Shown here: positions 13,360 through 25,022 of the stretch, piece after piece
How positions within the stretch are numbered: position 1 is the first letter of the stretch
Layout of the letters: the number at the start of each line of letters is the position of its first letter
Source: Octopus sinensis
Taxonomy: Eukaryota
Length of the DNA stretch: 64,000 bases
Assembly: GCF_006345805.1 (NCBI RefSeq)
Contig: NC_043004.1
Coordinates: 15,190,001 to 15,254,000, forward strand
Reading direction: 5' to 3'
The notes under the pieces: generated by a model
The model's input: the letters and a program-made list of their open reading frames with translations, nothing else
Told to the model about the DNA's origin: nothing
Database searches by the model: none
Position numbers and translations under genes: made by a program

Positions 13360-13453
13360 TTTTCTTCCTGAAGAGAAAGACACAATATGGTCCCATTATT
13401 CAATCGGATTTTGGTAATTTGTGCCTTTCGAAACACGTGTAGAATGAAATAAA
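13360..13453 (+). ncRNA. Type-I hammerhead ribozyme in the PLE 3' pseudo-LTR (long stem II)
   Basis: CTGAAGA at 13368-13374. Stem II GAAAGACACAA (13375-13385) pairs with TTGTGCCTTTC (13419-13429), 10/11 bp. GAAA at 13430-13433. Stem III C-ACGT-GTA with a palindromic loop. Predicted cleavage after A13441. Stem I TTTCTTC pairs with GAA(T)GAAA. AATAAA follows. Confidence 0.85.
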
Positions 13454-13506
13454 ACGATTTCTGTTCAATCTGCGTTCAGCTCCATTTCTTCAATTCACCA
13501 ATAATG

Positions 13507-13559
<53 letters not shown>

Positions 13560-13579
13560 ATATAAGGAATGATAGTAGC

Positions 13580-13622
<43 letters not shown>

Positions 13623-13661
13623 TATATATATATTATATATATATACATATAAATAAAATAA

Positions 13662-14030
13662 AAATGGGACAAGAACGCAAAACATCCAAATATACGATAC
13701 AAAAAACACGGACGGTATTTCTTCAGTCAAGAACCGGATCATCCCCGCAGTGTATGTGCGTGGCAAATTAAAGGCGGAAGTTGTAATATGCGAGAATTTA
13801 TTTTTAATCACTACAATTGTTTCGACACGTCTAGCAACGACCCCTCATGTGTGGGACACTAAGCAAGTGGTTCAGATGCACCAAGCGGCGCAGATGTAAG
13901 TCACTGATTGATAAGAAAGATACAACTCGTCAAAATAACAGTTCCGCAATGTAACTTCTCGTTTTGTAGAAAGAAAAGTAGCCAGACGGAGGAAATAACT
14001 TCAGGTACATAGAAGATCAAATCACACATG
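13662..14030 (-). mobile_element. PLE-like remnant in opposite orientation with a decayed hammerhead (~13806-13855)
   Basis: The minus strand reads CAC-ACATGA-GGGGTCGTTGCTAGACGTGTC-GAAAC-AATT-GTA-GTG-ATTAAAAATAAA: palindromic stem III loop, GUA site, downstream AATAAA, damaged CUGAUGA. Confidence 0.5.
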
Positions 14031-14074
14031 GAAAAATGAGAAACGAACAAGCAATACGCAATATATGTATATCT

Positions 14075-14110
14075 AACTATCTATCTATCTATCCATCTAT
14101 CTATCTATCA

Positions 14111-14195
<85 letters not shown>
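14075..14195. repeat. (TATC)n microsatellite (similar tracts at ~21232-21320, 23857-23950, 32567-32642, 38585-38655)
   Basis: Direct reading. Confidence 0.97.
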
Positions 14196-14196
<1 letters not shown>

Positions 14197-14199
14197 TAC

Positions 14200-14580
14200 C
14201 CTTTTACTCCTTTACTTGTTTCAGTCATTTGACTGCGGCCATGCTGGAGCACCGCCTTTAGTCGAGCGAATAGACACCAGGACTTATTCTTTGTAAGCCT
14301 AGTACATATTTATCGGTCTCTTTTGCAGAACCGCTAAGTTACGTGGACGTAAATACACCAGAATCGGTTGTCAAATGATGCTGAGGGGACTAACACAGAC
14401 ACACAAACATATTCACGCACATACATATATATAAACATATATACGACGGGCTTCTTTCCGTTTCCGTCTACCAAAACCACTCACAAGATTTTGATCAGCC
14501 CGAGGTTATAGTGCCACGCAGTTGGATTGAACCCAGAACCATTATGGTTGGTAAGGAAGCTACTTACAACACAGCCACAC
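14200..14580 (-). mobile_element. SINE family B (tRNA-like head, CORE-like segment, internal microsatellite, LINE-type tail)
   Basis: Homologous to 39555-39992. Has a ~20-bp internal deletion, and the tail runs into (GATA)n. Confidence 0.9.
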
Positions 14581-14596
14581 ACACACACATGTATAT

Positions 14597-14656
<60 letters not shown>

Positions 14657-14661
14657 TATAT

Positions 14662-14884
14662 ACCGGAGGAAACACATATATGTGAAACAAGGTGGAAAAA
14701 AAGAGTACTCAAATACCAGTGGTACTATGCTTTATTTAAAGCAGCAGAAAATTCTACAAAACCTGTTACTCTGAGTTTTGCGTTGCCGTTCATCGGACAG
14801 TTTTTGCTAGCAAAAACTGTCCGATGAACGGCAACGCAAAACTCAGAGTAACAGGTTTTGTAAAATTTTCTGCTGCTTTAAATA

Positions 14885-14885
<1 letters not shown>
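14662..14885. mobile_element. PLE-like inverted pseudo-LTR fragment ending in a 154-bp palindrome
   Basis: 14732-14885 is self-complementary about 14808/14809 with one mismatch. Each arm carries a hammerhead-like motif. (TA)n on both sides. Confidence 0.7.
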
Positions 14886-14962
<77 letters not shown>

Positions 14963-15504
14963 TGTATGTGTGATATCGCTATAATATCGAACGCCTACCA
15001 TGTTTAATCTTAATCATAAATGGATCTATATGCCGGTGAATTTTATCATAAATATACAATTCATTCTATAATGCCTCCATTGAAAATGAAACTCTTGTAT
15101 ACATATTTAACTCGTTTCCATTATTATCATTTTTTCTTTCCCCAAGGATCGTCGTTTATTGAATATCTGTTAGTCGTTTTAAATCGATCAACTTTTGCTT
15201 TCGGATAATGACCCTTATGTGTGAATGATATTAATCCAGTAGTTTGGCTAGCCATGATTTATTTCAATTTTATTTACATGCAACGTTTAAATCCAACCAG
15301 ATTCGTAGGTCTGCAGTAAAATTCAGAAATACGATGTATGAATGATGAAATAGCTGTGTCCCATTTTAGGAGAGACAGCATCATTTAGAGCGAGGCTGTT
15401 ACTTGACTGGTAATTATTTTATCAACCATTCCAGAATTAAATAAAACAAACGTTCAGGATCCGTATGTATGTATGTATATAGACGCACACACGCTATACA
15501 CACA

Positions 15505-15551
<47 letters not shown>

Positions 15552-17982
15552 GCGTGTGTGTATGCGTGCGTGTGTGCATATGTGTGCGAGTGTGTGAGTA
15601 GAGAAAACTGCTGTGATGTGCGGTGTATCCACAGTTTTTGAAAGAGACGTTCTTCAAGTAAAATGCCAGAGTATAATGATAATGAGCATAGTTTTACATT
15701 CCTGGTGTTTAAGTAACTGGCTGCAAATGATGGGGAACACAAGACAACGATGAAATAGCAGTGGAGAGACTCTAGGTGAGATAGAGAGGGAAATTGAAAG
15801 AAAATATAGTAAGAGAAGTGTGTATGAGTCTATGATGTGCAGAGATAATGCACATTGTTAAATAAGTAAAGAAATATCTACTTGTGTCGAATGCTAACCT
15901 GTCGTACGTTGTAGCATACGTCGAATGTGGTCCCGTGACAAGTCGCAAGACAAACGGTTGCTTTCTCAATACTACAAACTCTGCATTTGGTGAAATTCAT
16001 TAAGTTAGAGAATATACGTCAGAATTCCTGTTTGTTGTGGTGCAGTAACTTAGTCCTGGTGACGGTTGTAGTGTTGGTAATGTATACCGTGCTTTGCATT
16101 GTCGTTATGCCTAATTAAAAAATCTTACTTGGATGCAACTGAACATTATAAATATCCCAGCATGGAGATTGCCGAGATTTCTGTCTTTCATAAAGTCTTA
16201 CAAATGAAATATTGTTCAGGAAATATTGCAGCGGCTGTGGGGTTAAAAATAGGTTTTTGGAAGTTGAGGTCGAGTTCGACTTAATGCAAGGATGGACGCT
16301 TGTGAGGGAGAGTGAAATCCATCACTCTCTTTTACCTCACTCTCTCTATATATGTATATGTGTGTGTGTGTGTGTGAGTGTGTGCGAATGTGCGTCTGTG
16401 CGCGCTTGGGTGTGTATGTGTCTGAGACTTGTATTTGAAGAACGTGAAGTTATATAATCGTTTGTACACACACACATATATACATACAACATTTTATACA
16501 TTTATCTTATTGTATCGTACATACGTACATTCGTTCATATTACATACGAATAACTTATCTTGGCGGATTTAGAGTCGTATTGATTGCCTACATGAAGAGA
16601 CATGACTCTTACTTTGGAAAACTCTTAGCTTCTCTCGTAATATAATGTCAGCAAACTCGTGATATAACAATTAGCATTAATGTATAAGAGAATAATTTGA
16701 CGACACGAATGCGTCGAAATGGTGAACATTGACGCGACACACCCCAAAATAGATTTAAAATGGACGTAGACAACCGTTTAATCATTGATAACTGCTTAAA
16801 GATAACAAAAACAGCTATGCTAGACTCATTTAAATTAGCAAATTAAAAGAAATATCGTTAATGGATATATGTCATTGCTATCCAAATATTACGTACGTGC
16901 TCTCTCTCTCTCTTTCCATTAGGATAGGTATTACGTACATTTATCGATATTGATTAAAGATCTTGAAGCACAATGAAAGTAATAATGTAGAATTTGTGTC
17001 TATTTTTTCTATGAATACATTAACTTTTAATGTATTTCATTTCCGCTTTTTTTCTACTCATTTAATACATAAATATTTTAGCAACGAAATCGCACGTTTA
17101 ATATTACTAAACTGTGCGTCTATTATTATAAAATGCCTTGAAAGTTATGGCAATTAGAGGAAATATCCAAATTGATCTTATTTATCTTGACTTGTCTGTA
17201 CAACATAATATAATGCAGAAAGGTAAAAATTGTTAGTGCTTGAAACGTGAGCAATTGTTGGTCTGTTTTAAATAGTTTACAGATATCATTCAATTACAGA
17301 AGTAGTTGAATAATATTCTTAAGTCTGCAATTTACTCACATGCAGCAACTTCAGAGCTTGTCACTAATTCAGTTTTTAACCAAATTGAAAACCGTTAACA
17401 GTTGTGAAGAGGACTGGTTTCTAAGCTACATTTTGACATATAAAAAAGATTTGGTCCAGTAGAAAAATGTTTACATCAAAATTTGTAGCAACGTTACAGG
17501 AGAGAATGTAACGCTTCCAATCAAGTTTAAATCTAAATAACTTTTTAAAATTTTAAAAGCAAAATATACTTATCTTAGCTTCAATCATAAACGAATGTAT
17601 GACAAATTTGATAGTTTGGTCCCATGCAACAAAAATTCGGATCAAAAAATTTGTGAGGTAAAATATCAGGAAAAATGTAAGGCAAAAATCGGATTTAAGT
17701 ATAATTAAGTCTTTATTATTTTATAAACAAACTATATTTAAATGAAGCTTAGATGATAAAGCTCAATTCGAGGAATTTCATGGTATCAATCTCATGCTAT
17801 AAATTTTAAAAGGAAAAAAGTATGTTTGCTTCTCAAATTTTTTATGAATTCAGTTCTATAAGGGGACTTCTAACATCTATCACCGGCATCATTAAAGTAA
17901 GGAAAACATTAACGACACCGCTAATTGACACATTTGACACATTATTAATTAGTATAATAGCATAGCCTGGAAAAAAATATGG

Positions 17983-18595
17983 ATTACGTGGAAAAATGCG
18001 ACCTAGTGAAATAATATTCTAAGATTATAAACATGGAAAAGTAACGGACAAGTTAAAACATTTGGAAAAGTTTAGGACAAGTTATTACATCTGGTAAAGT
18101 ACAGAACAAGAAAACTTTTACTTGAAATATTGCAGCTAAAGATAAAATTTCAATATGAAAAATTATTTGATTTTAATTTACATAGTAACATTACATTTAA
18201 TAAAAGTACCATCATTTTGTTAAAATATTGAGCGATTAGAATACTTAAAAAATGAGAGCCAGAATTATCAATATAGCTACAGTTTTATGCTAACTAAATA
18301 GTATATATATGGTAGGTAAATTCATTATATAAAAAATAGGCATTGGGTCATGACTAAAAGTGTGAAGACTTGGCAATAACGTAGGCAATATTTCAATCAA
18401 AATTTTAGTTTTAATGAAACCTAATATTTTCTAAATCTAAATATTTTATTTGAAGTTTTATCCTTAGCAGCAATATTTTAAGTAAACATTTGTTTTTGTT
18501 CTGTACTTTACCAGATGTCATAATTTTTCCTGAAATTTTCCAGGTTTTCTAATCTTAAGAATATTATTTCTCTCGCTCTCATTTTTCCATGTAAT
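17983..18595. mobile_element. Old foldback/MITE-like element with long imperfect inverted arms
   Basis: 17983-~18173 aligns to the reverse complement of 18433-18595, sharing ACATCTGGTAAAGTACAGAACAA and GAAATAATATTCT(T)AAGATTA. The left arm has one extra 29-bp subrepeat. Confidence 0.75.
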
Positions 18596-19164
18596 TATTA
18601 AACAATGTATTTCATAGATACAGAAAATACTGCAAGAAAAAAATCATCAGATTTTCTCGGAAGTATACAATCAATACCTTTTTGTTTTTAGTCATATAAT
18701 ACTTAGAAATATACATAACAATATGTATCAACAAATATTTCTTCACAGATCGTCTCATATTCAGAAGCCAGTGATTGTACGCTAACACTACTTTTCAAGA
18801 ATGCATATAATAGTCAAGGTCTAAAATGAAAAGAATAATTCAAGAACATCGTCTATAATTCTTAGAAGAATATCGAACTATTGTATCTGGAATAATATTC
18901 AGAATGGCCACAAAAATGTCGATGCATATTTCATTCATTTAACAGATGTAGAATGTATTCCTAGATTTAACAAGCAATTAGAAAATACATGTCTTAAGTA
19001 AAATTAAAATGTAGGAACAATAAGAGATTTGTAAAATACATGACTCACTTAAGCCACCTCCTTAAGATCTTTCTTCTTTTTTTGCAGTCAAGACATAAAT
19101 CTTGTCTGTAATAATAACGGCTAAAATAGGCACATGACAAGGAATTGCAGGTGTGAGAGAAAGT

Positions 19165-19265
19165 CGATTACATTAACACCAATATATCACTTGCACTGTA
19201 TTTTAACGATTCCGAAAGATAGGAAGAATAACTTGACCGCCACGGGATTTGAATTAAGACGATAA
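19165..19265 (-). mobile_element. SINE family A, old fragment
   Basis: AACGATTCCGAAAGATAGGAAGAATAACTTGACCGCCACGGGATTTGAA resembles the family A minus strand. Confidence 0.45.
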
Positions 19266-21229
19266 ATCCTGCCTGCCATAAAGACAGGTAATGTCTTTCA
19301 TGGCATAGTTGATTTAGGTGTAAAAACCAGAATATCTCCCGTTAATGGAAAATCTGGTATCGAAGATAAAATTTAACTTTTGTGTCATTAAATCTAGCGA
19401 ATCAGATAAAATCATCTCAAAGCACAGCACTACAGGTAATATAGTGTTATAGATGTAAATCAATACCCAAGTCGTATATATGTCCATTTGCAGGATGAAA
19501 TAAGTTGCTAAAATAAACGTCTCTGATCAGTTAATTTCGAAGAATACGAAATCGCAGCTTCTATTCAATGAGATGGTTAATATTTCACAAATATTGTTCA
19601 CTTCCCTGCCATCAACAGCACCACCACACATACACAAAAAAATTAATGTCTGGAAGCTGACGGCAGCAATCTCATATGATATAATGCTAAACATATATTA
19701 TGAGGCGTTATTTCATTCCTGTTATAATAGTTAATGATAAAATTGGGAATATCATCCAAATTTTACTGAATTTCTCTCTTATTTCAAGCAATATCTTAGA
19801 GTATTTATTGAATACCGTCGTCAGTAAATCAAAAGTTATTATTGAAATGTAATGACAGATTCCATTATATGAGATATTTTAATGAGGTATGTAATATAGT
19901 CGGGTTTCCTAAAGGCGTGCTTATATGCGTAGCATCTTTTTCACTGTCATATTTTGTTTATATGTGGGAATATTATGCTTATATACCCATATCACTTTTA
20001 TAATTCTTTCTATGATTATGGCTATATCTTATGCTAATTGACACAGAAAGTACATCGTATAAAATAATATTCTGAATGAAAAATATTGTTCGATCTGCTA
20101 CTGTAATGATTATATGATATTCATGCTCTTTCTTCTCAATCTCTATACTGTTGCATTATAAGCATTGATGTAAATAAATGTGCTATATTTATTCATCTAC
20201 ATTGGTCAGTTTAACAATATCATATTATTCCCAGTTTGATGTTTCATCGCCATTGTCCAAATACAATGTTAATACAGTTATGCTCATTTATGAGAACACC
20301 AATTTTTTAATCATTGATCCGAAGAAAGACACACCATTCTTTATGGGCTATTAATAATCTGTTACGAGACAATTTGTTTGAATTAATTCAGAGCTTTATT
20401 ATCGCTTCTACGCCTATATTATGTAATGGAGTTCGGGATCACCGTTACATGAAACCGGATTCTTTCGCTACAGATAACGTGTAAATGAACCCTAATACAC
20501 TTCAGATGATTGTAGTAAATTATAACGTGCCAAATACTTAGCGCACCGTGCGTATACTCAGGAATTATTAAATTATATTTCCAGTTATTTTTTATACAAT
20601 TTTCAGACATTGCATTATAGACTAGCATCTTATATGATGAAAAAATCATCAAAAAGTTGTTTTATGTACGGATGGACACTAATTAGGCAATTAAATGTAA
20701 TATGGAACAGACCTCAACTTTATGTGAAGATATTAATGTAGTATAAGGTCATTCGATTGATATGTGAAATGTCTTTAGCAATCTCGCAGTATATTTCTAA
20801 ATGGTAATTGCGTACATACAATCGTGTATGTAAAAGATTTAATTTACTAATATTTCAATGCATATAGACACATTTATATACTTATGTACATATTTATATA
20901 CTATTATGTAATAACAAATTCACATAGGCATTGCTTTTGTACCTATAAATCAGATCTCAGCATAAAAGTCATTCTCATATATAACAAAAAATGCTGTAAT
21001 TGCATTAATTAATATTGTTAGTCTATTGAATCATTTATATGCTTTGGATAAGAGATATAAAACGGTTAACATCATATTCTAGAAATTTTCATTCCCGGTG
21101 AATGAAAATTTTCGAAATCCTGGGTGATGGGTTCAGTTTCACTGCGTATTATCTTGAGAAATTGCCCTCTACTATAGCTTGGGAGAGGAATTCGTAGAGA
21201 GAAACTGCAAGAATTCCATTATGTAGGTA

Positions 21230-21296
<67 letters not shown>

Positions 21297-21324
21297 ATAT
21301 CTATCTATCTATCTATCTATCTCA

Positions 21325-21358
<34 letters not shown>

Positions 21359-21359
21359 A

Positions 21360-21394
<35 letters not shown>

Positions 21395-21429
21395 GAAGTT
21401 GAAAGAAGGCATTGTGGTAGCAAATCAGA

Positions 21430-21695
21430 GGCCAAAGGCTACAAACAGATATCTCTGAATTCATACAACATATATCGGTGAGTGTATGTTCTCCCCACCA
21501 CCACTGAAAACTGGTATTTGCTTAATCCCTCGTAACTTACCAGGTCGAGAAAAAAGACCAAAAGGATAGGTACTATGCTTGAATATGTTAAGTACTGTGG
21601 TCGATTTGTTCGGGTTAACCATTGAAGGTGGTGCTCAAGTATGACCAAAGTCTAATGACTAAAGCATGCAGTAAAAATTAAAAGATTTCAATCTA
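21430..21695 (+). mobile_element. SINE family B, old 3' fragment
   Basis: CCCTCGTAACTTACCAGGTCGAG...GGTGGTGCTCAAGTATGACCAAAGTCTAATGACTAAAGC. Confidence 0.5.
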
Positions 21696-21740
21696 TTGAA
21701 AAGTATGTATGGGAAATTTGACAGGAGACTTTCCGAAATA

Positions 21741-21973
21741 CATTTATTTCTTTATTGCCCACAATAAGCTAAACATAGAAGGGACAAACAAGGACAGACA
21801 AAGGGAGTAAGTTGATTACATCGACCCCAGTGCGTAAATGGTACTTATTTCAACGACCCCGAAGGGTGAAAGGCAAAGTCGACCTCGGCGGAATTTGAAC
21901 TCAGAACGTAACGGGAGACGAAATACCGCTAAGCATTTCGCCTGGCATGCTAACGATTCTGCCAGCTAGCCGG
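21741..21973 (-). mobile_element. SINE family A (tRNA-derived), tail type 1
   Basis: Minus strand GCTGGCAGAATCGTTAGCATGCC...GAGTTCAAATTCCGCCGAGGTCGACTTTGCC...GTGGGCAATAAAGAAATAAA. Confidence 0.9.
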
Positions 21974-22538
21974 TCTATTATCCGAAATATATTACATAAA
22001 GTATAAAGGCAAATAACATTGATTTATATATATATTTGGCAATTTTATGAAAATGTTCAGTCAGAAATGTTACTACGCAATTATACCCACCTCTGTGTTT
22101 ACTAAAAATATAATGTTTCGGATTTTAACCACTTGGTGATCAATATCAACAGATGAAGCTGACACTAATTAGTAAGTAGACGCATTTAAAATTCAGATGC
22201 CCCAGAGAACTCAAGTATTCAAATGAAATTCATTTCTAATTTGTCAAATTCTTCAAATTCATTGTTTTAGATGAGAATACAAAAGGAAAAGAAAAATACA
22301 GCCATGTTCAAGAATCATTGCCAGAAGAATTACCGAAGAATTATATCTAAGAACAAATAGCCTTCAGTAGGAAAGGGAAGTAATCATGTGCTAGTGAGAC
22401 AAAGGGATCCTTCAAGTGGTTAGTACTAATTTGCTAGTCATATATTCAATCCGTTTAGGGCATGGTAACAACGTTAAACGTATAATGAATTGTCATTGAA
22501 GATGGAAGAACCAATTCGTAATCAATGGCATTGTGCTA

Positions 22539-23382
22539 CAAGGTTCATTCCAGATGTTTTGAAACATTTTTTTCTAAGAGTGACTGTTATAACTGGCCTG
22601 AGTTATCGTAAATTTAGTATATTATTGCTATACATCAAATAAGCTGACCTGTAAATTTTGATATTCCAGATTATAGGAGAAAGCTGTAACGGCACTTTGA
22701 GCACACCCTACTAAACGCTACTGACTAGTTTGAAGAAGGCAGTCCGACATGTGATGACACTTGTGAAGCACGCTATGCAAAACATTTTGTTAAACTGGGC
22801 AAAAATGCTACAGAAACTTATAAAATACTCTACATAGCTTATGTATTAACTTGTAGTAGCCGAGCATCTGTTATTTTGCTGGCATATGAAGCCAAGCAAA
22901 ACATGTCCACCGGGAAGCTCATGTTGACCACTTTTTTCGGTTGCAATGGCATGTACACCCACTGGGCTTCCTCTGGCAAGAAGCGTATGAGGATTTCGAG
23001 GGAGTTGAGGGAGATTTGAATTTCCTCGCCGTTCAACAGTCGAGAATTCCACCTTGATAACCAACTATTGGAGAGAGATTGGCATCGAAACTGCACCCCA
23101 CACATCTTACAGTGACCACCTTGCTCCATACCACTGTTAGTCGATCTTCAACTGAAGTCAGTTTGAAGGCATTGAGAAGATGTCGACATTGAAAGGCTGT
23201 GGCAGGAGTCATGGACACCCTTTGTTTGGTGAATTTCAATGGGGACTTCACGATGTGCCTGGAACGCTGCAAGTGCAATGAAGCTAGGGGATCCTACTTT
23301 GAATGAGAATATAATTTTGTATGTCTTGGGAATAAATAAATGTCTCACTGGCACACGTCTCAAACTTTTCGAATGCACCTTG
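22539..23382 (+). mobile_element. Internally deleted mariner (Tc1/mariner) DNA transposon relic
   Basis: Imperfect ~27-bp TIRs: CAAGGTTCATTCCAGATGTTTTGAAAC versus the reverse complement of 23357-23382, with TA at the left. Transposase remnants RYAKHFVKLGKNATETYKIL (22771), GKLMLTTFFGCNG (22912), YSDHLAP (equivalent to YSPDLAP, 23108) and KCNEARGSYFE* (stop at 23304). Confidence 0.85.
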
Positions 23383-23795
23383 TTATATGTCAAAAAATAT
23401 CAATTCTGATTGAAAGAGAATTCTAAAATAGGGAAATTTTTACAACATTTGTGCTTGATGCTGAATCGTTTAAGATTTTATTTAGTATATGCTTCACTCA
23501 GTTATGTCCGCAAAAGGATTCCTTTTTATTATATGGCGGGTTAATGGATATTTAATAGGAAGTCACACGAACAAGTTCACAAACTACAGAATAATTGCTG
23601 AGAGCAGAAAGAGGAGTGAACATGGTTCATTGCAGTATGAGCGTTTTGAATTCAATAATGAACATAAAAAAATAATTTAATCACGAGTTCTTCAATAAAA
23701 CTTGACATATTTACACTCGCCTAGGAACGAGATGAGAATCAGTGAATGCATACACCGAATCACTTTCTAAAACACATATAATTACAGTTGGAAAG

Positions 23796-23846
<51 letters not shown>

Positions 23847-23854
23847 ATATATAT

Positions 23855-23951
<97 letters not shown>

Positions 23952-24420
23952 ACATATGTCTTAAGTCATAGCGTTTAAGTAACTGAGCCTTACATCTTTT
24001 GAAAGTAGTTTATTCTTGTTTTGTTTTAATATTCAGTAACAACTTTCATCTGAGCATTAGGAGAATTGCAACTGCAATTTCGGGAAGGAAATATTAAGGA
24101 TGCACCTGCGATTCATACTTGATGGGGATTACAGTCACTTTCTTATACAGTAATGACATATGTCTCCGGAAAGAGGAAAGAGATTTATATAAGAGGCAGA
24201 ATAATTCGACTTCCTCATACAGGGACACAGACATACATACAATGTGTATATGAAATAACAGAGATTTGACTAGAATCAATGAAAATACACATCGATACAT
24301 ACAAAAGCACTCACACATATGATATATATGAATATATACGCACACATACATAAACACACACACATATATATATATATAGAGAGAGAGAGAGGGAAGGAGC
24401 CCAAAATGAACGTACGCCAC

Positions 24421-24594
<174 letters not shown>

Positions 24595-24874
24595 CAACAT
24601 GGCAATCTACTACTAAGTATATTTCAGATGGACTTATTCGTATTTGATGACATAAGCATGCAACACATATAATTTAGTCTTCGCGTGATGTCTTAAGGGA
24701 TAAAGACATTTTGTGAGAGAGCACTGGTCACTCAGATAAATTCTGTAGTATAGGATGTCGAAATAGTGTGATGTGTATTAACATAATTTTCCCTCTTTTC
24801 CTCTCTCCTAAGAATTTAAGCTCTTGCTTCTGAATTATATGTATCATGTGCGTGATATATGCATGTGTTTATGC

Positions 24875-24920
<46 letters not shown>

Positions 24921-24951
24921 GCGCGTGTGAAAGTGTATACGTGTACTTGTG

Positions 24952-25022
<71 letters not shown>

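Larger units (their letters stand above)
9629..13508 (+). mobile_element. Penelope-like retroelement (EN+, C-terminal GIY-YIG), near full length, with inverted 5' pseudo-LTR and 3' pseudo-LTR
   Basis: Long RT/GIY-YIG ORF. 13431-13508 is the exact reverse complement of 9780-9857. Inverted arms at 9629-9781 and 9861-10013. Hammerhead at 13360-13453. (TA)n immediately on both sides (9609-9628 and from 13509). Confidence 0.93.

Noticed and set aside
19088-19150. Acceptor/donor-flanked 63-bp candidate exon
   Set aside because: Stop codons in all three frames; such splice-like sites are expected by chance (same caution for 26178 and 62571).
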